From: Octopus sinensis
Taxonomy: Eukaryota
NCBI RefSeq assembly: GCF_006345805.1
Contig: NC_043006.1
Span: 88,598,001 to 88,662,000 of the forward strand
DNA: 64,000 nt
Direction: 5' to 3'
Shown piece after piece: positions 12,820 to 26,994 of this stretch. The stretch's first letter is position 1, and each line of letters starts with the position of its first letter. The translations under genes were made by a program, and so were the position numbers. Below the pieces are notes generated by a model. That model saw nothing but the letters and a program-made list of their open reading frames with translations, was not told the DNA's origin and ran no database searches.

Positions 12820-15760
12820 AGGTTTTTAAAGCAGGAAGTGCACATAATTTACACGTTTTTATTACAAAAAAAAACGAAAGAAATAACTGAAAAAATTATT
12901 TAAAAGAGAAAAAAACATATAGGAAACTACTGAAAAGAAAGAATTAAGAAAATTGAACGTGAATACGTAAGTGAAAACATGCCTAAGATAAATATAAAAA
13001 TTTAGAAAACGAATCGTTTGATAAAAAAAAATACGTTGTAACATAATATTAAAAATTTCTTGAATACCAAATGGTAATATTTGGATATAAATTTGTAAAT
13101 GGGAAGTTTTGAATATAGTAATATCTCATGCTTCGAATATACAAATGTAAGAAAGCTTTGAATACAAGTTAGTAAGTGTCAAAATGTGGAAATATAATAT
13201 GTAAGACCCATCTTTTGAATATAAATTATAATTACCCAATTTCTTTGGGAAATTAGAGGTGTAATGGGTGGCTGTGAGAATGAGCTATTTGGTTGTTCCA
13301 TCTGTGCACGTATGTTCAAATTTTAATAGAACCATTGTATTTCACTCGTTGGTAAAATTTTGAACTTATGTTCAGTGTACTAGCTTGAGGTCTACGTGCT
13401 CAAGGTTTGCTGTTTTTTGTCACTGTTCCTAAGTCCTCTGGTATTTTGGCAACATCATAATTTTGACAATCCAGCTTTTGAGGATGTCATACTTTAAGTC
13501 GACATAATATTGTACTTTTTCGCTTTTACTTTTTTTTTTTGCTCTGGTATCAATTGGGAATGTCATGATGTTTAAAATACATGGTTTCTTCTTATCAACC
13601 ACTTTCAATATCCGTTTTTTTTGTGTACTACTTTTTTTTCGCTCTGTGTGGAAGTGCCATAAGTTCCATGAAGATAAAGGTTAATTGATGCAGCTAGTGC
13701 AAATAATGAACTCACCTTTATCACAAAATATAAAAGAAATAGCTAGAAAATTCTCGAAGACTTGCAGTCCTATTTCTACAGAATGTTCAGAGATTTTTCT
13801 ATGCGAATAAAACCCAATTTCTTTTAAGCATTCCTGTGAATTATTTCAGTGACCTTCTGTATAAACGAGATAACTGTGAACACTGTGATACAATGTAAGC
13901 TATAGTCTAATCTGAATCATCGAACGTTCTACATTTGAGGGATCACTCCAACTGATCTATGATCTTGATCCAGTTTACATTTAGAGCTTGTTTCAGAAGG
14001 TGCTGCCAAAATCATTTCATCAGTTGCTTAAACACCGAATGGTGCTTCTTGCTTTCTAAGATAGGAGAGGAGCCACTTGAAAGATTCCTTTTCTGACTAG
14101 TAATCTTTCACATTCAGATGTTAACTCTGTTCTCCAATGACGCATTGTATTTAGTAATAGACACTGAGAGTTGCTCGACAACTTGAACAAGCATAGGCCT
14201 TGCTTGATTCATACACTCTTCTATAACTGAGTCACATGATGCATAAATTTGACAGACTCATTATGAAATTCATAAACACCAACTTCTCTACCATTAATTA
14301 GGTTCTTTCTTTACATTCTGTTGCTCTTTTATCGTGTCTTTACTGTTCTTTCAGACATCAGGCGTTTTTCATATAGGTGTTAGTATATTTGTTTTGCAAT
14401 TATCCATGTTAGGAGTGTTCACATAATTGGTGGACACGTAATTATTTGGTAAATTGAGGCAGCGTTACCTTTAAGTTTTACTTTCAATATTAGGTTCTTT
14501 TTTGATATTCACAGAGGTACTTCTTTCACCTTGTAGTTGTATCACTATGGTTTCGTGGAGACTTGTAGACATTTTCAAAGTAACGATGGACCCGTTGTGG
14601 TCTTGGAGCTTCTCACCTTCCTGCTTTTATAATTGCTTATGAATTCTTGCTTCTATCATAGTAACATCTTTCTGTGCCTAAACATATTCACTAATTTTCC
14701 ACTTGCTTTGTCCAATGTCCTGGATTATTGCTTGGCAATTCCCCACCAGATTTCTATCCCAAATATTTTGCTTTTTTCAGCATTTGGTCTTATATGATTG
14801 TTTCAGTAATTTCCTTCATGAATATCAGATCGACATTTCTGGTTTCATTGCGAAGGTAATTTTGCTTATATTGGTTGCTTTTGTTTTTGTTTGTATTTCT
14901 TGATTCGACATATTTTTGTTTACCTTTAAAATTTGCTTCAATAATTGCCCCAATTCCATTTTCCCCATAATCTACCTTTCTCTTCTTCCTCAATTTAATA
15001 TGCGCTTCCATTGGCCCAGTTTACTTATTTATTCCGTTCCCACCACTAACCATCATTAGAATCCACCTTTACCGCAATAATACATGCTGGTCCTTCTTTT
15101 GTCCTTATGTACCCCCAACAATTCTGAAACTGCCCTGAAATCCGCTAATATCATGTTGATATCTTCAGTGATTTTACAGTTAACTTTTATCAGCTACACT
15201 GTTCACTTTTAATATTTTTTATACTCACAGACCACAAATTAAGTGATTCTATGGCTTCCTTCAATTTCTCCCTCGCTTTTTCAAACATCATTAGTTGATA
15301 GTCATCAGGGCCATCAGGATCAAATTCTCATTCCTCTTGTACACTCTTTCTTACCCTGATCTTAAACCCGAGCGTTTTAGTCCCATGGTTTCTACGATGG
15401 TTGCATTCCCACGATGGATGAAGAGTTATTGTCATCCATCTGGTTTTGATAAACTGAATCTTGTAATTTTAGTTTCTCCAATTCCTAAGAGAGATAGATA
15501 TTGTCCATTCCTGACATAGAATACCTGTTAGCTGTTATTCACTGACTTAAAATACTCCCATATCCTCGCTTCCTTGATTCACATCTGAAATAACATTCCT
15601 TTCCTCATTAACAGTTTGTTGATCTCCTTCCTCTTGCACAGCAGTAATGACGCCTGTATCTTCACTCTTGTGCTGCTGAGCACCTCTTGATGAATAAACC
15701 TTCAGCTGCGGCTCCAGTCTCAATTCGCACCTCAGTTGTTTAAACATAAGTTTGACATAA
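12820..15760 (-). mobile_element. Decayed R4/Dong-like non-LTR retrotransposon with restriction-like endonuclease; RT largely lost
   Basis: Broken frames give NQYKQNY, EIW..HWTKQV, IVSQCSQLS (zinc-knuckle end), LWHFHTER..HKKTDI, VDKKKPC, EKVQYYVDLKYDILKSW and LGTVTK, in the order expected for the R4/Dong C-terminus. Confidence 0.65.
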
Positions 15761-15774
15761 GGCGCTTATACGCA

Positions 15775-15779
<5 letters not shown>

Positions 15780-15819
<40 letters not shown>

Positions 15820-16873
15820 ACATTATTATAGACACCTTCATATACACTCTCATACACTCACTCTCGAGCACACCTACACACACACATACATTGTTACACT
15901 ATCACAAACACATACAACCCTATACACACACAGACTGATAGATACAAGCATACGTACTACACATGCACAAGTACTCAATGATACGCATTGATACACACAT
16001 GCACACAGTTATACATACATTCACATACAAATTCGAACACACATTCACACACCGTGTCATACACACATTCACAGCTTCAATCACGCACACACACTCACAC
16101 ACAAATATACACAGCACATATATAACTACATAGTCATATAATCATATACACATACTCCCACAGACGTACAACCATGCTTACACGCACATACACCCGCAAA
16201 TATACACACTAACACATAACTACATACCAACACTATACACTGGCATATACACATATTTGAATATACACACATGTGAACACACTTTTCCGCACATACAATT
16301 ACAAATATTGTCAGAGGTACACACACACACACACAACACACACACACACACACCACACACACACACACACACTCACACACATTATTATAGACACCTTCAT
16401 ATACACTCTCATACACTCACTCTCGAGCACACCTACACACACACATACATTGTTACACTATCACAAACACATACAACCCTATACACACACAGACTGATAG
16501 ATACAAGCATACGTACTACACATGCACAAGTACTCAATGATACGCATTGATACACACATGCACACAGTTATACATACATTCACATACAATTCGAACACAC
16601 ATTCACACACCGTGTCATACACACATTCACAGCTTCAATCACGCACACACACTCACACACAAATATACACAGCACATATATACTACATAGTCATATAATC
16701 ATATACACATACTCCCACAGACGTACAACCATGCTTACACGCACATACACCCGCAAATATACACACTAACACATAACTACATACCAACACTATACACTGG
16801 CATATACACATATTTGAATATACACACATGTGAACACACTTTTCCGCACATACAATTACAAATATTGTCAGAG

Positions 16874-16910
<37 letters not shown>
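15780..16910. repeat. Near-perfect tandem duplication (period about 557 bp) of CA-rich low-complexity DNA
   Basis: TCAGAGGTAC at 16311 and 16868; the units differ by a few 1-nt indels; (CA)n lies at each junction. Confidence 0.95.
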
Positions 16911-16914
<4 letters not shown>

Positions 16915-17027
16915 ACATAGTTCTACACACTCATGCTCAAATGCATACACTAATTATACTAATGTAAAGATTCAGACCCTCCAGATATATATACTCTTAT
17001 ACACCGGCATACACACACACACTCTCT

Positions 17028-17061
<34 letters not shown>

Positions 17062-17722
17062 TACGCAGATGAACAACCACACACCGACACATGCGCAGAC
17101 AGATAAACATACTCGCACATGCACATACAACACATCACACCCGAGGCACACACAGACGCAATCAGATATTTCCAAACACAGATTTATATATACACACACT
17201 CATATACCTGCACATACATAGATATATACACAACTAAACACACACTGAAACACAGACTCACACACACACACACACACACACCACACACACACACACACAC
17301 ACATACACGCACAAGCACACTAACTTACACATACATATTCACAGACCGGCACATACAGTGACAAAGATCTGAGAACACACATACACACTCTCACAAGCCG
17401 ACACACAAACAGACATACACACCCACCTACACTTAAACACTCTCACACACCGACATATGCCCAAAGACAATAAACAGCAATATCATAAACAAAAGCCATT
17501 CCATAATGTATATTGGCAGTTATTATTCCATTGACTATCGAAATATCCTTTTTAACTTTTTGTAGGAAAGCCATAATAATGATAAATATAAAGAGTGTAG
17601 AAAAACTGGAAATTCATCATATGTAGTGGCATTGAATATCATTGGAGGTTTGTTTCACTGAAAACTTTTGACGTTATTTTAAATAATCACAAAATCGAAC
17701 TACTGACTCTCAAGAGGAATAC

Positions 17723-18945
<1,223 letters not shown>

Positions 18946-19059
18946 AACTACACACAGAAACACACCAAGTAGAGTATGGGATCATATTTCAAAGATAAAA
19001 ATATTTTTGTTTAAATTTTATATTTCTTTTTACGTACCTGTTGATATACTTTCATGTGT

Positions 19060-19600
19060 CAGTGTGTGTTAGACTGTGTGTGTTTACACGAATGTGTGTG
19101 TGTGTTTACACGAATGTGTGTGTGTGCGTGTGTGTGCGTGAGTGCGCGTGTGTGTGCTTATATCTATTTGTGTGTGTGTGTATTCATGTGTTTGAGTGGT
19201 TGTCCATTTGTGCCTTCGAATGTGTAATGTTACCACATGAATGTTTGCATACATGTGCGTGCGGTCCGCGCGCGCGCGCGCGTGTGTGTGTGTGTTTGTG
19301 TGTGTGTGTTTCTGTATATCTGTTAATATATTTGTTCGTGTGATAGTACATGCTGTGTATGTGTGTATATATGCATATGCATGTATATATGTGTGTAAAG
19401 TCTTAAATCATTGCGCGGTTAAGATTGTGTGCGTATGTCTGCGTTTACGTTTGTGCTTGTTAGTGTGTATGTTTTCATGTTAGTACGTGTATATGTATAT
19501 ATATTCATGTGTTTACGTTTGTATGTTTTTGCGTTTGAATATGTGTGTATATCTGTATGTATACTTGTGTATATGTGTGTGTGCGTGTGTATACATGCTT
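19060..19600. repeat. Degenerate (TG)n tract
   Basis: Read directly from the sequence. Confidence 0.9.
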
Positions 19601-20291
19601 TCAAAGACAATATTATGTACTCTATTCCTAAAAACTACAGAGAACCAATAAACAGAATTGATCTCATTTTCAAAGTTCACCAAAGTTATAGTGAGTTAAT
19701 ATCTCACAACGTTTGAGCCCTTCACATGTTTCACAAAGTAATAGCTTCAAGTTTGAGACATTAATACTCTGCAACTTAAGTCAAAAATATTTTTGCAGAC
19801 ATTAAAAGTCATCGTAAAATAGATCAAAAAATATTTTTCTTGAAACTAAGAAACACAAAATAACTTCTGCCCTTTTGTTATTACTTTTGAATATTTTCTT
19901 TCTGTCTGCTGTTAAATATCTTTTATTCTTAACTTTTCTATCTATTTCTTTTTTAATTCAGTTTTCTTCATCCGAAATGCCTGGAATCTACTCCTGGTTT
20001 CTTTGAATGCTGAAACAGCAATGTATACGAACTCATCCAGAATTCACAAGAGCAAAATCATACATGATACCAGTAAAGAATCAACCTCAAAATATATAAA
20101 CATACCACACCGCAAAGAACTTGAGTTAAGTATAATTTTAATGGGCTCAACTATGTAGATATGATGTTGAAACCTGTTCAACAACGACTACCTAAACTTA
20201 TAAAAAATGGCTTGGGGTTCTAAAGGCACCTCAAAAAGAATTAGCGATAACATTGCATCCTTTGATGTATTAAAACTATGCAAAGTAATAT

Positions 20292-20601
20292 TGGTTTCAA
20301 ATTTTGGTACAAGGCCAGCAATTTCGGTGAAAAATTTTATCAATCGACCCCAGTGTTCAACTGATACTTATTTCTTTACTACCCAGAAGGGGCTAAACAC
20401 TGAGGGGACAAACAAGGACAGACAAACGGATTAATTCGATTATATCGACCCCAGTGCGTAAATGGTACTTTTTTAATCGACCCCGAAAGGATGAAAGGCA
20501 AAGTCGACCTAGGCGGAATTTGAATTCAGAACGTAACGGCAGACGAAATACGGCTAAGCATTTCCCCCGAAGTGCTAACGATTCTGCCAGCTCGCCGCCT
20601 T
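20292..20601 (-). mobile_element. Full SINE family 1 copy (about 20357-20601) joined to the 3' tail of a different family 1 subfamily
   Basis: Two different tails in series: TGGTTTCAAATTTTGGTACAAGG and ATTTCTTTACTACCCAGAAGGGG. Confidence 0.85.
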
Positions 20602-21039
20602 TATATAAATTAGTATTAAATAATGTAAAGCTGAGTCTAATCATTATTTCATATATATGTGTGTGTGTGTGAGTGTGTGTGAGTGTGTGTGTGTGTGTGT
20701 GTGTCACAGACCAAATTTGCTGAGTGTTATTTTCATTTTTTTGTTCATTTGTCCCTACAAACACACTATTACACACCCACACACACCTCACAAACATAGT
20801 TTGATCAATACCATTGAACGAAACTCCTGGTCTTTGAGTCACTCTGTAACTTCAGCTGATTAGTAAAAATAAAAATATATATACTAATGTTGGAACTTTT
20901 ATTCTTCGGATGCAGTTTGTATCATCAAAACTACACACACACACACATACACACACATACATCCACACGGACGCACACAAACACACTCACACACACGCAC
21001 ATACACACACAGAGGCCCGCACATATATGTGTGTGTATG

Positions 21040-21091
<52 letters not shown>

Positions 21092-21999
21092 CGTGTGTGT
21101 GTATTGTATTTCGGGACCGTCTTTAAGTTTTTCCAAATAAATACATGCACTATATATTCGTTCTTTACTCGTTTATTACTGTTCTCATTCTGTCCGGAAA
21201 TCTTTCTTCACACATCTATGACCTCCTCAACGACACTTTCCGGTTTCGTGTGTGCTGTTTCTCTGCTTAATTCATTCTGTTCTTCTATGAAGTATATCCA
21301 TATATGCGCACGCGTCTGTGTTTGTATGTGTGTATTTATACATGTGTGTGTTTCTGTGTGTGTGCGTGTGTGTCATTGTTCTTAGTAGCACGATGACGCT
21401 CATGTCCCCTACACCTCGTTGCTGCTGCTTTTGCCCTTGAATCCGATTTTTTGTACCGTTCTTGTAACTCACTATTCTTAAACTTACATTCAACCTGTGA
21501 TTTCATCCTACATATAACACAATTGTCCTGCGTACATGGGCACCTATCGAAGGGTAAAGTTCTACAGATCAGGGATTTTACAGGGGTACCAGTCGTTTCT
21601 GCTACTTTAATCCGTAGATTAGCCTTATCTAATGTTTTTTTCTAAAATGGTCCGCTAGTTCGCCGCTAGGGGTAGCATCAACGAACATGACACTCGGATA
21701 TTTTTTGTTGTCATACCATGAGTTGGCATTAACTATCTTTTTTCTGGTCTGGTCCCCTCTGTGCTGTTTCAGGATTTACTCCTGTATAGCGGGCATATCC
21801 CCTTTGCATCACTCTCTATGAAAGTTTTGTACTTAGCCCTGGCTCCTTTGTACACTCTAATCCTGTCCCTTTGGTTGTAGCCAGAGAACTGCATGCGGTG
21901 GTTGGTGTGTTTATGTGTTTTTCCAATTCCATAGGGTCACACATGTGATACACATTCCTCATCACTCTCATCAAATCTGCTATAAGAATATTGAACTAT

Positions 22000-22090
22000 A
22001 GTAGAAGACACTTGCCCAAGGTGTACGTAGTGGAACTGAACCCGGATCCATGTTGCTGGTAAGCAAGCTATTTACCATACAACCACTCCT
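22000..22090 (-). mobile_element. SINE family 2 head fragment
   Basis: Reverse complement of GGAGTGG..TGGTAA..GCTTGCTTACC..GGGTTCAG..CCTTGGGCAAGTGTCTTCTAC. Confidence 0.8.
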
Positions 22091-22865
22091 ATATATTATA
22101 TTATATTTCGCTTAAATATTGCGAGACCAGTATCCCGGTATAGAACTCAATAAACGTATGTTTCACAGCGGTGATATGAAACAGGAATGAAAAAGGAACA
22201 AAAGATTCCCCTTTAGCTTACAGCTGTTTCGACTATAAGATGTAGCTGACTCATAGTTGAGTTCCTGAATTGTTGGTGCCGTTCTCTATATAGGCACAAA
22301 TGTAATTCCTTTCCAAATAAATTGCACTTCCTATCCAAAGCTCCAATAAAACTATGTGTTACTCAGGTACTCAAATATGATTCCAATGCATCTTCCAACC
22401 TAAATAGCTGTAAGCTAATGAAGTTCACAACATAATCCATTTATTCCTTTGTCATCTCTCATCCTTATATATATATATATATCGTTGTATTTAGGAATGG
22501 TCATTTTGCCAGTTTAGCCAACAAAAACACACGCACTATATATTTGGTGTTACTTTGCTTCAGTGTTATTTATTTTTTACGTTAATCTTAATCTTATTTC
22601 AGCCAGAGTTCTTTCGTCACACTCCTGTGACCGCATCAGTGGTCCTTTGCTTTTTTCTGTCTTATTTCTGTGTCTCTACTTACTAACCGTCAGCCATTTT
22701 GTATTTCTATTGTATGTATCTTCATTTGAGCATGCGCATATGTCTATGTGCGTCTATGTTTAGTTAGTGTTTAGGGGGGATGCCTGTAACATTTGTATCT
22801 CCTGTTTATATATGTTCGTGTAATTTGTTTTTGTTTTTGTTTATTCTTATTTTGTTCATGTGTTT

Positions 22866-22874
22866 ACATCCACA

Positions 22875-22928
<54 letters not shown>

Positions 22929-22965
22929 CATCATCATCATCATTATCATTACTATCATTATTATG
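22866..22965. repeat. (ATT)n/(ATC)n trinucleotide repeat
   Basis: Read directly from the sequence. Confidence 0.95.
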
Positions 22966-23262
22966 TATGTATACAATAGAAATACAAAATGGCTGATGGT
23001 TAGTTTTTTTCTTCTTTCTTTACGATCCTGGAATCAAACAGGCATGATGGGTCGATATGTAAGCAACTATGAATGTAATATCTGGTCTATTATTTTTTTT
23101 TCTTGACCGTTTGAATAGGTAAGTCCTACAAAATCTTATATTTCTCTGACTCCAGTACTCTTTCGATTCGGTGATTGTACCATGTGTTTCCAGCTTCAAA
23201 TTCCCATTTCTGGCACAGTTTCTAGTGTGTAACATTTACAACCTGGTCGTGCCTCTATTTCT

Positions 23263-23350
23263 TAGAAGACACTTGCCCAGGGTGCCAAGCAGCGGGAATG
23301 AACCCGGAACCATGTAGTTGGTAAGTAAGCTGCTTACCACACTGCCACCT
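23263..23350 (-). mobile_element. SINE family 2 head fragment
   Basis: Matches the reverse complement of 61430-61520. Confidence 0.8.
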
Positions 23351-23755
23351 CCAGGTAGAGAAAATATAGACAGGTGCAGAGAAAGAACAAATTGTCTCTG
23401 AAACAGGATTAGTACATTATCGAACTAGAAAGGATGAATGCCAAAATTGACCTTGGCATTATATGAACTCAGAGCATATAAATGTGTGTATGTGTTTGTG
23501 TGTGTGCGTGTATGTGTACGCGTGCGTACACAAACTAGAATCAATATGTATCCTGCCTATTGACAACTAACATTCTAGCTATCCCTACAAAGTTCATCTA
23601 AGTCCATCACACATATCTGTTATCTATTGCCATCTATAAAGCTATCTACACAATTTTCCTACCTACCATCCACTTATGGGACTCATTATCTGTATATATA
23701 TGTTTGCTTGCGGTGTGTAAGTATGTGTATGCACTATTTTGTATATGCATGCGAG

Positions 23756-23795
<40 letters not shown>

Positions 23796-26436
23796 CATAT
23801 ACATATGTGTGTATGTATATATGATATTTTATATAGGTTCATAATACAAAATATATTTTGTATCTTGACGTCATTAATACACAATTAATACACTCACGTG
23901 AGAGAGTGTTCGGACGTATTAATATCTTTCGCTGCAGGAATAGTCCTTGGAGAAAATTTGCTACTTAGAATTGTGCAAAAACACATGATATTTTGGGTTG
24001 AGAATAATCTAATTGGATCGAAGTAGACATGAGTTTCTGAGCAGTTCTACTTCGTCAGTTACGAAAACTAACTCAAACGTGCTCATATGCGCATCAGTTG
24101 CCGGGGACCTTTCCCACGTTTATTCCAATTATAGAAGGAAGAAATAACAGTATTAATCTTACCTGCAATATAGCAATTGAGTGAAAGTATGTGTTTATTG
24201 ACAAGGACGTGTCTCTAATATATCCAGCGACCTCCAAATCTAACGACATAACTGTGTGAACAACTAAGAATGAATAGTATAGACATAGTATGATATCAAA
24301 TAATTTTTCAGGAGACAACTTTAATAGACTCTGGTCAAACATTGTCTCTTTCAAATATTAGAGGAATACACTCTGACGAAAGCTAATCATAAAACTGTAC
24401 TAAAGTCAGATAACTGGAGAACAAACAGCTCAATAAAGCAAGTAATGTACATAAAACATATGAAGAAAATCAAATATAGAACACATTAACAAACACATGA
24501 AACTATCTCTTAAAGAAAATTACCAAAGAAAAGCACATGACGGTATAATGTTAATAACCAAACTAAATATATTATATAGAATAAAAACAACAAATTATTG
24601 AATTACCTTTATTATGAGCGGAACCAAATGAAAAACAAAGAAGATAAAAACTAACAAGAAATCAAAAACTAGTATCGATGGTAATAATATTAATAACAAT
24701 ATCTAAACCAATGACAAAAGAACGAAGCCAAACCCAAAAGTATTTGATATAATTTACAAATTTTCTGTAAGTCAGTTCCCAAGTTCGTATATAAAAATTA
24801 AATTAGCTGAAAAGCACAGCTTCCTAAACATCTTCAACGAGAAACATTTTGTTGAAATTTTCTTTGACACCAAAGGTTAGGTCACAAAGTGCAACGTTAC
24901 CGGAAGAAGTAGATCTAGTATAGCAGTCAAAAAAACGGTATGAAGATCATGATTTTTCACAAATGTCACATTCCGAAAATTAATTAATAGTGTTCTTTTA
25001 CCCATTTTTTACCGATTCCTTTCTACACACTAATTAATCCATGTTATCATTTTATAGATTGCTTCAGTAGTCTTTTTATATGTTGGGGTTAACGACTTTA
25101 TAGCTAGGTAACTATTTCTACTTCACCACCTTATAGAGAATGTAAGACTGGTTCTTATTTATAATTAAGGAGAACGAATCAATCTTAGAATGAGCACGAC
25201 AAATTAGCAGTGATAGAAGTAAATTCTAAAATCCAAGAAATCTACTGCGAGTCTTTAGTAGCAACTACGATAACAAAATAAAGAGAACTTGTAGGTATCT
25301 GTAGGCTTTCTGTGAGGAGTGGGAAAGTGTGACGTTTCAGACAAAAATCGTAGTCTGATATTTTCCCATGGCCCTAGCGACCAAACTTGTTGACACCTAA
25401 GAAAATGCTTTTAGATTACTATGTAACCTTATATATTTTAAGACTGTCATTTGCCAATATTTATGCCTTTAGAGGTTTAATTAATATAGAAAAACTGGTG
25501 GATGAACAAGGCTAAGAAGTGAGGAATTAAAATTTGTTATTGATTATTAATCTATTTCAGTTTGGTTGAAGGAGGGCAATAACCATGTCTTCTAAGGCCC
25601 TTAAGATGCCTGAAGTAGATAGGATATTGTACGATTTGGAGAAAAAAGGACAATGAAATATATGTGACTTCGCTATTTCATTTCACTCCATGTAGTCAAC
25701 ATCCGCTTGATGGTGCAAGTTTTTGATATCAACAACTTGTGTATCTCACCATCTCACCTTGAAAGGATATCTTGTTGGTACGGTACTACTTTTTAATATA
25801 CTACCGCCCAAACTGCCGCTAATAAAACAACAGAAGCACAACCATTGATACAATAACCACAGTTTGGGTCATATTTGTAACCTCTTCACCATATCACTGT
25901 TATAGCTACTATCTCTATGACTACCACTCATACAGCAACTAACACCATGACAACTATATCTGATGGTTAATACAAGGCTAAACGGCAAGCAACAGCAACA
26001 ACAAAAGCATCTGAGAATGTAATTTCGCAATAAAATGAAAATGTCACATACTAAGGAAAATATACCTTTAATCCGTGAATAATTCTATCTTTTAATATCC
26101 AGATTATTGTTTTTGTGTCTATGAATAAGTAATGCAATAAGAAAACAGGTAAAATTTGTCAGTAACACCAGTAAAGTCCGCACCGTATATAAATATCATG
26201 TTTGAGGGTTTAACTTAATCTTTGGAAAGCCTGAATGTAAAACCAGATAAACATGAAACATATTATTGTAATTTTAGTTCATTTAGTTACAAACTTCTAC
26301 ACGTGAACCCTGTGTATCCACCCAAAGCATTAAAACTACGTTTCTAGAATATCTTGTATAAAGGTTATGTATCTGCCCTGCAAACATGTTTAGTGCTGAA
26401 CAATTTTTCATCGTCGAAGATACTATCATATCAATA

Positions 26437-26585
26437 CCATCATCAGCAACATCATCATCATCAGCAGCAGCAGCATCAACAACAACTGCAACAACAACAT
26501 CATCTTCATCATCATCATCATCACCAACAACAACAACAACTACAACAACAAAAACAACACCATCATAATCACCATCATCATCATG
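26437..26585. repeat. (CAT)/(CAG)/(CAA) compound trinucleotide repeat
   Basis: Read directly from the sequence. Confidence 0.95.
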
Positions 26586-26731
26586 ACCTTCGGTTTAACG
26601 TCTGTTTTTCTACACTTACATGACTCATGCAGAATTTGAACCAGATTTTCCACAGCCTGGTGCCCTTCATATAACCAACCTACACCTTTTCTCAAGCATT
26701 TTAATATTTCTCTTGGCCAAATATATATATA

Positions 26732-26874
26732 CTTTATTTAAAAGCAGCAGAAATTCAACAAAACCTGTTACTCGGAGTTTCACGTTCCCCTTCGTCGGAC
26801 AGTTTTTGTTAACGAACGGGAACGTGAAACTCCAAGTAACAGGTTTTGTTGAATTTCTGCTGCTTTTAATAAAG
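26732..26874. repeat. Foldback palindrome (arms of about 60 bp) made of two inverted, damaged hammerhead motifs
   Basis: AAAAGCAGCAGAAATTCAACAAAACCTGTTACT... pairs with ...AGTAACAGGTTTTGTTGAATTTCTGCTGCTTTT. Confidence 0.9.
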
Positions 26875-26943
26875 CATATTACTCTACCCCTGGTATTTGA
26901 GTATTCTTTTTTCCACCTTGTTTCACATTTATGTGTTTACTCC

Positions 26944-26994
<51 letters not shown>

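Noticed and set aside
26354-26623. Poly-Gln/His ORF resembling a transcription factor tract
   Set aside because: Compound trinucleotide repeat; the flanks lack recognisable domains or splice support.
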